In this document: positions 48,471 to 62,309 of the stretch, one piece after another | Numbering within the stretch: the stretch's first letter is position 1 | Layout of the letters: each line of letters opens with the position of its first letter | Origin: Callorhinchus milii | Lineage: Eukaryota | Direction of reading: 5' to 3' | Assembly (NCBI RefSeq): GCF_018977255.1 | Contig: NW_024704745.1 | Coordinates: forward strand, 11,904,001-11,968,000 | Length of the DNA: 64,000 nt | Program-made: the position numbers and the translations under genes | Notes under the pieces: generated by a model | Database searches by the model: none | The model's input: only the letters and a program-made list of their open reading frames with translations | Told to the model about the DNA's origin: nothing

Positions 48471-49059
48471 AAGTTATTGAATAATTTATCAAGGTTCTGG
48501 CCAGTCTTTTGTCATTCCAATGGGAACAGCGTGCATTTATTTAGCACCTTGCATGTACAGTAATATTGTAGCATTTGATATATTGCCTTATCTCAAAGTC
48601 GAAAAGTCTCAAAGTACTTCACATGATTTAACTGTAATGTGTAGTGACTGTGTATTTTTAGGGAAACACATCAGTCATTTTGCATACACACAGCAATGTC
48701 CCACAAATAGCCATGAACCGAATGTTTAATTTTACCTGGAGGATTGTTGGTAACATCAGGAGAAATTCCCTTCTCTGCCATGTAAAACAGAAGTGAAAGT
48801 TTTTCTATAGACAAACACAGCAGATGATGTTACAAGGTTGTGTGCTGTTTTATATAAATTACCTTCATAATAGTTTCATATTTCATTATAATAAACCGAC
48901 TGCACAAAATTGGACATTTGAGATTGCATTTACCCTTGCGCTGGTTTTGAGGTCATTTGAGCTTCATACCTCCTACATTGCTCTGTCTTTCCTATAGGGT
49001 TAACTAAGTCTGTACATTTTTGCTAGGATAAATACCTGAATTAGTCAGCATTCATGCTT

Positions 49060-49440
49060 TGTGCCAAATCAAATGTCCAATCCAGACCGAGTTCCACATA
49101 TGTGTGCCACTTACACATGGAAATTTCCCTGGGTCTGGAATAAAATATGCACTCTCTTCCTTGAGGGCCACACCCTACTTACCTAATTCTGGAAAGTCTT
49201 AAGTGCTAGTTGGCAAGAGCCAAGGCTTGCGGACCCCAGAGCGTGAGTTTAATTGCAGCTGGAGTTTAACCAGCTAAAACCACCTAGCTTGCCATTGAAG
49301 GCACTGTCTGGCAAGTTTTCCTGCTGCTTGTTCATCTGGGACAACCCTGCATCTTCGGGTTTTGGCTTGCGGAGTTAACAGGAGCGCAGTGGGAAGAATC
49401 CCTGATCCCAGTGACTGGTCTGCTAATGAACCAAGCTGGC
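49060..49440 (-). repeat. Unclassified interspersed repeat, copy 3 of 3
   Basis: CTACTTACCTAATTCTGGAAAG; AGCTAAAACCAC shared with the reverse complement of 3230-3400. Confidence 0.6.
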
Positions 49441-50029
49441 TGGTCTGTCATCAGAAGTGCCCTGGAGTACTGTGGATCTGTCTGGCTCAGGAACTGGACG
49501 ATCAAGATTGCTACAGAGGGTTGATTCGATTATGACATTCCAATGCCAACAGGAGCCAACTCAGTTCCAAGGAGACTCTGCTGACCCCTAATAGGATAGT
49601 CATTGTCTGCTCGAGTGATGATCTGGGCTATCAGGGCATTTACTGCATAGCTGTTGTTTGTTTCTTTCTTTCTTTCTTTCTTTGAGTCATTTCAGCTCCC
49701 AGATTTTCTCTCCAAGATGGATTAGTTCAGGTTTGCAGTAAATATCATTAAGAAGCAGGTCATTAAACATTGCGTTATGTCATTGGCTACACATACAGTA
49801 GTTTATTAAGTTTTAACAATTCTATAATCCAGTAACCACTCAAATTTTGTCTTCAACAATCTCCGTTACATAAATAACTTCTGTTTGTGAAGGTGCTTTC
49901 TCACATTATTGGAACATTGAATGCTTTGCCACAAATTATTATAATTATAGGAATCCTTGTATTTGGTGTAACATCTGTAACACTGAGAACACCTCAACAT
50001 ATTTCACAAAGTTTCTGTAAACTATAGTG

Positions 50030-50350
50030 ACTTTGTATCTGCAAGGGAAAATGGCAGCCCCTGTCCCACAAACAGCCATGGGGTAAATGACCAATTTTCT
50101 CTGGAGGCTTGTTGGCCAGGACTTGAGGAGAAACTATTCTCTTTGTGAATGGGATCCACCTGAATAGGCAGGCAGACAAGACCTCAGTTTAATGTTTAAT
50201 CTGCAGGACAGCACCTTCAACAACAATGTAGCACACTCAAGCACTATATTGAGTGTCAGCTGGACTATGCAAGTCCAAAGTCCCAACATGAGGCTTCAAC
50301 ATCTGTCTTCTGACTCAAGAGTCCAGAATGCTACTAACTGAGCCAGACTG
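50030..50350 (-). mobile_element. Old Deu-like SINE
   Basis: TCCCACAAACAGCCATG..GAGGCTTCAAC..CTAACTGAGCC. Confidence 0.65.
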
Positions 50351-51619
50351 ACACCTCTATGGACCTAAATATACTCCTGTACAGTAATTTAATTGATCCA
50401 CATCCATGCAAGTACAAAGAAAGCCAACCCCCAGTTTTATAGAATATAACACTAAGGCTGTCTTGCATTTTTCTGTTTTGTCATGACCTATTGTTCAGAA
50501 CTGAATTCCTTTGTACATGAATCTTTGCAGTGCTCAATACCACCACATCCAATGCAACCTTTAACATTATTACACCTTCAAATTGTCTATCAACCCTTAA
50601 ATATGTACAGGAGACAATAGACCCTCCCTAACAAGAATACTGACTTGATCTAAGAATTTCTGGCTGTCAGTTCTCTTGGTCAGGTTAGATGGTGTTGTAG
50701 TTTCAAAGTTTTTAAGGAAATAGGGAGCAGAAGGCTGTAAACTGGAACGTTGGATCATATCGAGAAAAGGTCAACATACAGGGCAGGCAGTTTCAGAGCA
50801 GTCGAAGGAAGATGTTGGAATAATAGAGCCCAAGTTTGGGCAGTTAATGGGATTCTGCTGCTCAGTTGTTCAGTTTTGTGATACAACTGATACAATGTCC
50901 AGGAAACCTAAAGAAACATAAATGGTATCTGTCTCAGAATGTGCCAGCCTGTGTTGTGCTATTTAGTGAAGCCATAGTGGATGTGTGGTATTCTAAATGT
51001 TGGCTTTCATGATGTGTACTGGAAGTAACAGTTCCAGTTCCTTGTACAATCTATAACCATTGAACCCTCATCAAAATCCTTGCACCTTATCACATGAATC
51101 GAGACATCTCAAAGCGCTTCATAGGACTTTCTGTGAAGTGCAGTGACTGTGTAACTGTAGGCGAACATGGTGCACAGTAATGTCCCACAAGGAACCCAGC
51201 ATTCCCTAACCACTCAAAACATTGCACAGCAACAACTTGTACTTGTGTCACATTTTTCACATAAGAAACCATCTCAAAGCACTTTCCAGAGATGGGGAGG
51301 AAACAAAAGTAAAGTGTGTGTGTGGGGGGGTGGGGAGGGGGTGGTGGTGGTAGGAGGTTGTAGGAGGAAGCACGGTCAAAGAGGTAGGTTTCTAGAATGG
51401 TTTTGAAGGTAGAGAGGGAGGGTGCAAGCAGGAGGGATTTTAGTAGAGTTCCAGAAAGAAGGTTTGTGGTGCAACATTTCGTTTTAATTAATTTTCTTTT
51501 ATTTTGATGTACAATAACTTTTATTAATACCTAAGCTTTTTGGCCATCCTCCCTGTTTTGCACTTGAGGAATTTAATGCTCTGGCCGTTTTTGGATTAGA
51601 ATTCGATTCCTTAACAATG

Positions 51620-51960
51620 CAAACTGATGTCAGTGCTTAGCTCACAGTCCATTTCAATGCTTGGAGAGCATTCTGTTGTCAGACATACTGTTCTTCGGTT
51701 GACACATTAAACTAAGCTGTCTTAAGCTGAGGTTCAGGTGGTTGTTAAATATCCCATTACACTATTTGAAGAGGGAAGAGAATTTCTCCCAATATCCTGA
51801 CCAACAATTGTCGTATAAAATTGGTCATTCACTTCATGGCTGTTTGTGGGACATTGCTGTGACAATTGCTTACACAGTCACTACACTTTACAGAAACTTG
51901 TGAAGTGCTTTCAGATGTTTGACATTATAAGTCCTGTCTCAAATGCAAAGATTATTGTTA
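51620..51960 (+). mobile_element. Old Deu-like SINE
   Basis: ACATTAAACTAAG..CATGGCTGTTTGTGGGACATTGCTGTG..AAATGCAAAGATTATT. Confidence 0.65.
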
Positions 51961-52429
51961 ATTATCATTTAACCTCAAAGCTCAGCTATGACATTTATAC
52001 AACCTATTTTCAGTGTATAAATTCCTGGCCGTTTTGCTTTGTAATATAATCTTAAACTACTTTGTATATGAAATAAAAATATTAAAAGTTACAAACTAAA
52101 GACCCTGTAGCCCCTTTTCCTGGCCAGATGCTATTGTTGTATGACAGAAAATGTCACTCTTCTGTTGTTTAGAGCATGTATTGCCAATTGTTCCTTTTGT
52201 TTTGGCTGACGTTATTTGTCCTTGAGAATTTTTTTTATTACATTTTCAGTCAAAATGTTTTGGCCATTTTATTGAAGCAATATAGAAGTTAATGTACTGT
52301 CCTCCTTTAAGGATCCGAGTGGCCTGAATTAATCAAATGAGAAATGTCAGATTAGCCAGCTGTAATCATAGCAATGGAATTATTTAGTATCAGTCGAGCA
52401 GAAAGTTATTTTTCATTTCTCAAGTGTAA

Positions 52430-53040
52430 TATTCCTTGCATTTGATACATTGTGATGTCGCAAATCACAGGTAAATGATGTAAAGTGTATTTACTGTGTA
52501 TTTTGTTGACAAATGCGGCAGTCAGTTGGCACACAGCAATGTTCCATAAACAGCCATGAAGTGAATGACCAATTTATCCGGAGAAATTGTTTGGAAGGAC
52601 ACCGGCAGAAACTCCTTTCTCTTTTTAAATAATAATAATAATAATAATAATCCTTGCATTTGATATAGCGCTTTTCACGTCAGGAAGACGTCCCAAAGCG
52701 CTTCACAGAACACACTGTAAAATGAATTGACTGTATATTTGTGGGCGAACGCGGCAGCCAATTGCGCACAGCAATGTCCCACAAACAGTCGTAGATTGAA
52801 AATGACCAATTTAATTATTGTTTTTGTTTTTTGGAGGGATTATTATTAGGCGTGTGGAGTAAGGAAACTTGCCCAAGGTTTCGCCCTGCCTGGAATTGAA
52901 CTCAGGTCTCTCACATGCAAAGCGAGTGCTCTAACCACTGAGCTACAGGACTCCACTAATGCCAAGGGATCTTTAACTTTCACTTGAACAGGCAGACGTG
53001 ACCTCGATTTAATGTCTCATCCGAAGGACAGTGCCTCCTC
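52430..53040 (-). mobile_element. Old Deu-like SINE hosting a young SINE
   Basis: Old body at 52430-52627 resumes at 52957 (TAATGCCAAGGGATCTTTAAC..TCATCCGAAGGACAGTGCC). Confidence 0.7.
52628..52956 (-). mobile_element. Young SINE subfamily B
   Basis: Intact head, CTCCC-loop tail, long (AAT)n, probable TAAT TSD. Confidence 0.95.
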
Positions 53041-55009
53041 TTCATCCTCTCAATGCAGATGTAAATTGACTATACCCTCACATATTTATAAGAGGAAGGG
53101 AATTGGTGTTTGAGTGGGAGATTTTGAATCAGATCAGCTGAATGGAGAATTGTAGACCTTGGCTTGGATCTGAAATCTGATCGGATCTCTGAATCTCAAG
53201 ATGGCATGCTTGGAGCACAATCTATCGAGAAAAAGCTTTTCATATCATGGGAACCAGTGGCTACACATTGGATATTGCACTAGAGTAACTTTTAGAGGTG
53301 CCCAGGTCTCTTACAGCTATACTTGAGCTACAAAAAAAATTATCTCGATAAAACAGCTGATTTGGCCTTCCTGGGTAAAGTACTCCATAGTCTTGACAAT
53401 CATTTGCTTGGAGAAATGTCTACTGGATTCGCTTTTAATCGGTTTAGCTCCAGCTGTAATATTATGTGGTATAAGAGAAATGACCTGTAACTCATGATCC
53501 CAATGATTTAAAAAAAGTGGAATTTGCCCTGCTTCCTTTACAGGGTAAATTCCACAACAACAGCCACAACAAAGAAACACGAACACTTGTTGTGAAGACC
53601 CAGGTAGACAGGCAGCTGTTTGTAAGTTGGGATAAGTTTCTCTCAGTTTCCATTTCCAAAATAAGGAAGGAACAACTTACTTGTTCAACAGTAGGAAGTA
53701 CACTCAAATAATATTGTAAGCACCTCTGGCACTCAATGCTCCCAACATCCCTAAAGGAATTAACAAGTTAACAAACTGTTCATAGCCTGCCAATGCTCAC
53801 TGTCTAGGTTCATGGTTGAATAAAGGACAGTTAGGCACGGGTGCTTAGTGCTTAATAGAGAAAAATGTAGTCAAATGTCTTCAGGAGAAGATTTGTCTTG
53901 GACAGGGGAAGAGAAAGAGAAATGCTGCAGTAAAGACTGGAGATTTTCTGTTAATAGATGGCCATTAGTACTGAATGAGGATTGGCAAGATCCTCGGTAC
54001 AGTGCAGGCATAAATCATTGTTACTGTTCACTTCAGTTCCTGATAATTTGCTGCCTTGCTGGACAGAGGTGCAGAATTCCCCTGCTGGCCCCATTGTACT
54101 GAAAGACTGTTTGATAAAGGTTTCATACCCAGTTCTGTATCTGAACTCTTCAAATGTGTGTGCGCTCAGTCTGCCCGGATTCAATTAGTCAAACTCTTTA
54201 CGGTTAAGCTACTTTGAACCCCTGTGGCTAAACATGATTTAGTAAGAGCCCTATGTGCTGAACTGGGAAAGGGGAAGAATAAGCCCCACTCCCCCTCCTG
54301 ACCGCCATCCACTGATACTTGTTCACGTGTGGGTGTTTACTACAGGCAGGATCGGGCTTGTCTGTAATGAGTAATGCATTTATGTAGTCTGCACTTAACA
54401 CATGAGGAATGACCACCTAAACGAGATGTGTGGACTTGGATTTGTGCCTGTCAATCTGTACTCCAGCTTGAATCAGTGTCCCGAAGAGAGTTGGGAAGAA
54501 AATTAGAGATTAAAATAAATGCAGATGCTTCACTTCTGCTGAAAGAGATTGCAAACTGATGCTTTGAAAATGAGATGCATATTATGCACAATTGCTCCAT
54601 TCGGATAATACTCAAAATAGTTTCTACACATCAGCCGGTAAAACAGATTCAATATAATATCATCATCTTCTCCCACTGCTTTTCTGCCCTCTCAACTTCA
54701 CTGCTTAATAATGGTTTATCTACACACTCAAGTCTGAGCAATGATATCAACCAGACTGAGATAAGGAGGCATTGGGCGGAATTAGAAACTATGTCCAATC
54801 TTGGCTGATACAATTAAGACACAGGGTCAAATAATCTCCCAGACCATGATCAGAGTTTGAATAATTGCCCCACGGATAAATAATTTATCTTGCATTCACT
54901 TCTGTGTTAAAGCTGGATTGCCTACTCCAGTATGGAGCTTAGCCCTTCATCTGCATTTTTCAAACAATATAGCTTAAGCATTGGCTGATCTGATTCAAAT
55001 CCATGTTGG

Positions 55010-55142
55010 AACAACTTAACAAATAGATAATTATTTGGGGAGAGAGTGGGAGAATGGGATTTATTTGGATAGTTCTTTTCAAAGAGCCGACACAGACACA
55101 ATGGGCTGAATGGCCTCTTTCTGTGCTGTATGATTCTATGAA
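55010..55142 (+). mobile_element. CR1 3' terminus
   Basis: ATGGGCTGAATGGCCTCTTTCTGTGCTGTATGATTCTATG. Confidence 0.8.
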
Positions 55143-55369
55143 CATGCAGTGAAGTTTGCCTTCAAGTATTGATGACCATCAGCAACTGGCTCTGTAGCTT
55201 CAATCACTGGATCGCAGTTGATGGAGGTTTTGGGCGCCATTCATGGGGAAATTGTTTAAAGATCTATAAGGAGCTTCTAGGGCCCCAGGTCATCATGTTG
55301 TCTGTGTGAGGGGAGGAAAGAAGCAAAGACCTGCATTGAATTGAGTCTAAGGGAGGTGAATACAATACA

Positions 55370-55560
55370 ATTTACCCTTATTTAGCACCTTTCACATCAA
55401 GAGGACATCAATGTGTTTGACAATTGCAGCTGGGCACCAGAGTAGGGGTGGGAGCTGGGGGGGGAAGAGGAGAAAGATAGCCAAAAGTGCTGTCAAAGAG
55501 CGAGAATATGAAGCGCACCTTGAAAGAGAGGAGCGATGGAGCGATTCGGTGGGACCTGGG
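55370..55560 (-). mobile_element. Old L2 3' end
   Basis: SLLSFKVRFIFSLFD-like segment; TTTAGCACCTTTCACATC tail. Confidence 0.6.
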
Positions 55561-56463
55561 GATGTGACTGGGGAAGATGTGAGATGCCACAGTATTCTAA
55601 GGATACATTGTTGATGACAATGTGACCAGTTTCCCTGATTCATCCATTGAGAATTTAAGGTTTAGACATGATCTCACCTTGTGAGCCAATATCAGATGGA
55701 ATAGGATAAACCCTACTGTACAGTCACTGAAAAATGTACATGAGCTTATTACTGATATGTTGTATGGTCACTGTTACACTTACCATCCTATGCACCCAAG
55801 GAATCTATCCCATTGTGTTTTATGTGCTCTGGAGAATGTAAATAATACCCAAGTTGCTAAATCTATTCTGCAGTTAATGATGGATCAAGCTTTAAATGGA
55901 TTTAATATTCAGCCAGATGCCTGGACAAATGGGCTGCTTATGCCATTTTTCACTACTTCTGGCATCTGTGTAGGACCCCAGCCAGCAATATGGCTGATAC
56001 CTTGATGCTCTGCATTAATTCAGTGCCAATTTCATGTTTCATTTCCTTATTAGGATGCCTTTGTTTTGGATGTTATTTTGTACAGGGATTTGCCTGGCTT
56101 GTCATCCATGTTCTGTGCCCTGCTGGTGGGTTGTAGGCTAATTACTGTACAGTTTTGTTCTTAGTACTGTAGCGGGTAATTTGGCTATGTTTTCATTGGT
56201 TATTGATGTCTCCGGAAAGCATTTGTTACCAAGCCATTTGTAGTTCATCTAATCTGTATTGAGTCCGGTTGTTACTGAGGAGAGTTGGCTACTGAAATAC
56301 CTCCCCTCCAATAAAAGTCAGGATAAGTGCCTGTGTGACACTTGTAGATGATTGGGTGGACGTCAACTACAGTATCTGTGAACTTGGTTGCAGAGAGTTC
56401 ACGGATTGTTGTGTATTTGGCTGTGCTTCTGTGTGTGCGTGTGTTTGGTTGTGTGTGTGTGTG

Positions 56464-56787
56464 TAATAATAATAATAATCCTTGCATTTGATATAGCGCT
56501 TTTCACGTCGGGAGGACGTCCCAAAGCGCTTCACAGAACACACTGTAAAGTGAATTGACTGTATATTTGTAGGCGAACGGGGCAGCCAATTGCGCACAGC
56601 AATGTCCCACAAACAGTCGTAGATTGAAAATGACCAATTTATTATTGTTTTTGGTTTTGGAGGGATTATTATTAGGCTCTGTGTGGAGTAAGGAAACTTG
56701 CCCAAGGTTTGGCCCTCTGCCTGGAATTGAACTCAGGTCTCTCACTTGCAAAGCGAGTGCTCTAACCAGTGAGCTACAGGACTCCAC
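56464..56787 (-). mobile_element. Young SINE subfamily B2
   Basis: About 5 differences from 62974-63292; shares diagnostic GCAGAGGG and CACAGAGCCT insertions. Confidence 0.95.
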
Positions 56788-58087
56788 ATATATGAAGGTA
56801 GGGGAGGGATAGATCTTGCTTGGGTCGGCTACTTAATATAATAATAATCCTTGCATTTGGTAAAGTGGCTTTCACATCAAGACCAACTCCCAAAGCGCTT
56901 TACAGGATATACTGCAATGTTGAACTATTTGCATTCAGATTATTGAGTGAATGTAATTGCCACTCCCGTACTTTTAAAGCCCGAGGCTTGGGGTGTTTTG
57001 TATACTAATAGGGTCGCTGTGGTGATGAAAAATATTTTGGCATAAGTCAGGTTCTACAGGTTTTATTCGCTTTTCATTGAGGAGTTGGCTTGTCTACGGG
57101 AGAAGGGAGAGACTGACTGGTGAATTCTATTATAAATGGATTCACACATGCCTGTGAAAATGCCAATCATCACATTGCTGTTTATACAACAAGAAGATTA
57201 CATTTGTATAGCACCTTTCACGTTGGGAGGATGTCCCAAGGCTCTGATTTTACAGGGTGGGGACTGGGTGAATAAGGGGTAAATATTGTGTACAGTATGG
57301 ATGTAGCTGTATCATAGACTACTGTAAGCCACATTATCTTTCTATTTGCTGGTGTGATTACATAGAATTAATAGAAACTGGAGCACCTGGACAAGCTATT
57401 TGACCCAGCAAGTCCATGTTGGTGTTTAAATTCCTCCCATCCTAATCTCCCCACGTCCCCATATTCCTCTATTTTCTTTGCCCTCATGAATGTAATGATG
57501 ATGACATCCTTTTTGTTTTTACAGCTAGTTTTCACCATTACTTCCCCTTCTTGTTCTCTTAAAGGTAATGATTTGTGCTAGGCATTATTCCTCAGGTACC
57601 TCTTTCCCTCCTGGTATCTTGGCCGTACCTTATTGTGAGTGTCAGCTGTGGATATTGGCTGAAAGATTACAGGTGTATCTCAACAGAGCCCAATCCTGCC
57701 TTTATACAACAGGGACTGGAACCCTGCCTAATTCTCCTTGCCACTCCCTCTCCCTGCCAGTGCCAATTGTTGTGTCCCAATTGCAACCTTTTATGGCGAT
57801 TGAACGGGTTGTTACCGATGATTAATGCTTTGCTGCTAAATAACCTCAGCATATTGCAGGTGTAACACCAATTTTTACTGAGGCTTTTAAGTTTCATTTG
57901 ATTCATACATATAGTTGAGAGCTGCTGTGGAGAAAACGTAAAGGCTGAAATTTAATCTGTGTCAGCTCTGCTGATCTTAAACCACGCGATGGGAGTAATC
58001 AGAAACCCAAGATTGAGTTATAGCTAAGCATTTCCTCAGTAGCAACCCACGTGTGCCGGAAAATGGTATGAAATCATTATGAAGGTA

Positions 58088-58390
58088 TACAACTGTGGCT
58101 TGATTTTAAAGGGGCCACTGCCACTGTCAGAATGATATTAGCGCAGGATTCCAGCAGCGCCTGGAAATGCAAAAGGCAGCAATGCTTGCAACAAACAAAA
58201 TGGCTGCTCGGATGCAAGGTTTGCTTGATGCAATATTCTCCAATGATTGATATTCTCCTTCAGTTCACTTCTCACTGTAGAATGACCACAGAGAACCACC
58301 TGACCAATCTCCTAGAAATGTTGGTAACCCAATAAACCAGTTCATTAGTTACAGTAAAATAGCTCAGGAAAATTCAGCCCACAGTTGATA
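58088..58390. mobile_element. MITE-like element with short TIRs
   Basis: AACTGTGGCTTGATTTT ... AAAATTCAGCCCACAGTT. Confidence 0.55.
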
Positions 58391-58602
58391 TAGGAAAAAA
58401 AACTTAATTTACAATGGGTTACTTAGGAAAGAGGCCAGCTTCCTCCTCCTCTTCAAGCTGTGCTTTATAAGCTAGTTTACTAATCTTGCACCCTTGGCAT
58501 TTTGAAGGTTAAAGGATACTTTCATCAGCAAAAGAAACACTTAACTGGACTGAAAATGGGCAATTGCTTGGCTTAGACTGTCCAGACATTTTTTGGCTTG
58601 CA

Positions 58603-58794
58603 GACCAGAAATTTCTGCTCACCAGTTTTGAGAGTTGAAAGGGGTTTCGTTTTCAAAACATCAATTGCTCATATGACCTCACAATATAAGGCTTATAAAT
58701 TGAGATGAAAGTACGCAGCCATTACAATGCATTCTTTTTCACATGCTCCAAAAATTTACAAAGAACCTAAAACTGGAGTGTTCGGATTTTGGCC
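58603..58794. mobile_element. Possible degenerate MITE
   Basis: GACCAGAAATTT..CCAGTTTT ... AAAACTGG..GGATTTTGGCC imperfect inverted ends. Confidence 0.4.
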
Positions 58795-58949
58795 TGAATT
58801 CCAGAGTTGCTATTCTTGAGAATGACCTTTGACTCTTCCCGTCATGCCAGCTCACAGTCTGGCCTGCCTGCCTGTGCCTTTCAAGTCAAAATTTTCAAGC
58901 AAAGTGAAAATTGCAGAGTAAGCAATGGGCAAATCTTGGAATCCCCTTT

Positions 58950-59280
58950 ATCTCATAGGAACAGGAGAAGGCCATTCAGCCCTTTGAGTCTGCTCCACCA
59001 TTCTATAGAATCATGATGATCTGCACCTCAATTCCAATTACCTGCCGTTGTCTCATATCCCTTGATATTCTTACCTAACAGAAATCCATTCACCTCAATC
59101 TTGAAAATTTGAATGGTTCCAGCCATCCACAGCCTTTTTTGGGAGAGAGTTCCAGATTTCCATGACCCTTTGTGTGAAAAAATGCCTCCTGATTTCACTC
59201 CTAAATGGCCTAGCTCTAATTTTAACATGATGTCCCTTGTTCTGGATTCCCCCACCAGAGGAAATAGTTTCTCTGTAGCT
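58950..59280 (-). mobile_element. CR1 3' ~330 bp
   Basis: CATAGGAACAGGAGAAGGCCATTCAGCCC; MGESRTRDIMLKLELGHLG on the minus strand; inverted homolog of 61965-62269. Confidence 0.85.
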
Positions 59281-59477
59281 GCCTGTCAAATACAGATCAA
59301 GTTTATGCAACCTGTCCAGCTTCAAAACCTACCTAAAAGTGCCTATGGGCATCCTCCCCTCCCCCTGGGCTGATCTATGACCTGGCCACACTTCCAAACT
59401 ACTGTATCACTATGTTTATTCCTTTTACATTGATGGTTTAGGATCGCTACCCATCAACCATTAAATACAACCATGCT

Positions 59478-59600
59478 TAGAATCATAGAAAGTTACAGCG
59501 CAGAAGGAGGCCGTTTAGTCTATCGAGTCTGCACCATCTGTGAGAAGTTGTTAATTTAATCCCATTGCTCCGCCCTATCCCCATATCCCTTCAAGCCTTT
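59478..59600 (-). mobile_element. CR1 3' terminus
   Basis: TAGAATCATAGAAAGTTACAGCGCAGAAGGAGGCC. Confidence 0.7.
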
Positions 59601-60050
59601 ATCTTTCATGAACAGACAGAGAGAACCCTGGTCACAAATCAACAGAATGTCATTTGTAACTTTGACCAAGGCTGTCTCTGTGCTATGGACAGGACGGAAA
59701 CCAGATTGGAGAAGTTTGTACAGGGAGTAGCGGGAGAGGAAAGAGTGAAACTGGGAAGCAACAACTCATTCCAGGACCTTGGAAAGAAAGGGAATGTTGG
59801 AGATGGGGCGGTAACTTGAGAAGAGAGATGGGTCAAAGGGTTGTTTTTTGGGGGTGTGGGTGTTTAAGAGGGTGGGAATGGTGCCAATAGACAAGAGAGA
59901 GGTTCACAATGTCTGATAGTATGTGGGCAAGAGGATAGAGCCGGGAGGTAAGTAGAGGGATAGAGATGGAGATAAGGGAGCAGGTGGCGAGCTTCATTTG
60001 GGAAATGATGGAGGTGAGAGAAGAGAGGGAGATGAGTTCAAAAGTGTGGA
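59600..60050 (-). mobile_element. L2 RT internal fragment
   Basis: Homologous to 1700-1900 (CTTTGACCAAGGCTGTCTCTGTGCT..AAACCAGATTGGAG). Confidence 0.7.
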
Positions 60051-60109
60051 GGCCAAATACCTAAACTAGGTCACGTTTCTACAGCTATTATGCTAAAGCA
60101 TCATAGATA

Positions 60110-60330
60110 CCTGTCCTGGCCAACAATCCAACTTCCAACAACCTGGCCTGGCCAACAATTCGCCAAATAAAACTGGTCATTCACTTCATGTTTGTGGAGC
60201 ATTTCTGTGCCCAATTTGACTGTCGCATTCACCTACAAAATACAGTCGGTGCAATCTGCAGCATTTCCTGTGAAGGACTTTGAGATGTCCTTCTGCTCTT
60301 GAAGGGCGCTAAATCAAATGCAAAGATTAT
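60110..60330 (+). mobile_element. Old SINE 3' part
   Basis: GTCCTGGCCAACAATCC..AAATGCAAAGATTATT. Confidence 0.6.
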
Positions 60331-61519
60331 TATTTTTATCCAATTTACCTTTATTCTTTCAAGCACAACACTGTTGCTAAAGATTTTACAATGTATCCTA
60401 TTGAATTTACTCTAAAAGAAATAGATATGTATTTACCTGCTTAAATATGCTTTAGCTAAGACTTTTGTTAACTCAAGGAATCGCTGGAACGCTTTCCTTA
60501 ATATTTCCCAACAGCTGGACGCATCCTTTCAGCTACTTTTGGAGTATATTTTTTGAGGAGAAAAAGTTACTATTAATGAAAAACTAAAGTGCAAACATTT
60601 GACTGCAAACACTATTTTTAAAATGGCTGCCCTGGCAATGGGTGAGCAAGGGAGAGATAAATTAATCATAATTTATGACATAAATGCATAAACACACATA
60701 TTTATTTTATGAACTTTTTTAAAAACGGTTCGAGCAGTGCCCAAATAGCTGAAGCAGCCCTTGGGAGGTGGTGAATCTAAGTTCTGGTGGAAAGATTATG
60801 AGTTCTGAGATTGCTTTGTTTAACCCTTCAGGCATCAGTCACAGTAGTACAGTTGTTCTGCTTGTAATGGGTTTCTGATTTATTCCATGTGGCGTCAGAT
60901 CAATGCAGGCGATTCTCTATACATCCTCTGGTGAGGCTGATTTAAACATAGCGGAGTGATGAATGCATTTTTGTGTGCAAACCCATTTCCTCTACTTCGG
61001 GGACCCGATTCGCTCAGGTGCAGTTACTGTGCCTGTTAGGCTGCCTGTGGACTTTTATAAAAGCAGTCTGCGTTTTTGTACGCATATTCAAACATGCATT
61101 TCGGAAGTGCAGAGGATTGAATCCCTAAACACTGACAGATTTCTTCTGGAGTCAGCTTTTAATGAGGCTGGTTTCGAAATATAAATTGGAGACATCTTGG
61201 ATTGAGGACTGGCGAGCTGGCCACATAGTTTTACTCTGCAGTACAGATGATGCATGGGATTCTCACAGGCCTCTTGCTTGTTTTTTGCACCTGGGACATG
61301 TTTCAAACGTGTGATTTGGTGTGAAGAGCAACTACTAAATAGCAAGCTGCAAAGGAGAGAGGGAGGTAATCTCTTCAGATCTTGGGAATACTCTTGGCTT
61401 GTCAATGAAATTTATAATGTAAGTTCACACCGGTAGAGTGTTGATCATCCGAGAATAAGCCCCCTCAAGCTTTTGCTAATTTGATTTGGCTCGGTCGGTA
61501 TTCCTGTTTTTGGGGTCAG

Positions 61520-61870
61520 AACGTTGTTGGTTTAAGTCCAAAGTCTGGACTTATAGTCCAGGCTGACACTAAAGAACAGTACTGAGGGAGTGCCGACAAC
61601 TGTCAGACATGACGTCCTTCAGATGAGGCATAAAAATACATGTCCCGGCTCCCTTTTCAGTTAGAAATGAAAGATCCTATGACGCTATTCTAAAAGACAA
61701 GGGAGTGTCCTGGGCAATAAACCTCACAATTAATTTGTCATTCGCTTCATTGCTGTTTGCAGGACATTACCGTGAGCAAATGGCTGCCTCCTTTGCCAAT
61801 GAAAACAGACACTTCACAGTCATTACCTGTGAAGCACTTTGGAAAAAGTTTTGATGTGATAAGATGCTAC
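61520..61870 (+). mobile_element. Old Deu-like SINE
   Basis: ATAGTCCAGGCTGACACT..CAGTACTGAGGGAGTGC..TTGCTGTTTGCAGGACATT. Confidence 0.65.
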
Positions 61871-61964
61871 AGAAATTCAAGTTCTTTCCTTGCGGACACA
61901 ATCTTGACAGGGCTATGGTGGTGCAATGACCGTACTGTAATTACTGTGAATCAATATTGAAAAT

Positions 61965-62269
61965 ATTTCCTCTGGTGGGGGAATCCAGAACATGGGGGCA
62001 TAATCGTAAAATTAGAGCTAGGCCATTTAGGAGTGAAGTCAGGAAGCCTTTTTTTTACCCAAAGGGTAGTAGAATTCTGAAACTCTCTCCCCCAAAAGGC
62101 TGGATCCAATCACGTTTTTACGACTGAGGTGGATAGATTTCTGTTAGGTCAGGGTATCAAGGGATATGGAGCAAAAGTAGGTAATTGGAGTTGCTGCACA
62201 GATCAGCCATGATCAAATTGAATGGCGGAACAGGCCAGAGGGACTGAATGGCCTACTCCTGTTCCTATG
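61965..62269 (+). mobile_element. CR1 3' ~300 bp ending ~40 nt before the exon 2 acceptor
   Basis: GGGAATCCAGAACATGGGGGCATAATC..GACTGAATGGCCTACTCCTGTTCCTATG. Confidence 0.85.
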
Positions 62270-62309
62270 AAAGGAAATAATTGTTGTTCTTTCTTCCGTT
62301 CTCCTGCAG

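Noticed and set aside
62222-62309. N-terminal extension of the 202-aa ORF from ATG 62222
   Set aside because: It lies in the CR1 tail and polypyrimidine tract; the real N-terminus is most likely exon 1 at 40149
40192-62309. Antisense bias of retroelements in intron 1
   Set aside because: Only about 13 minus versus 8 plus by rough count; too few to support
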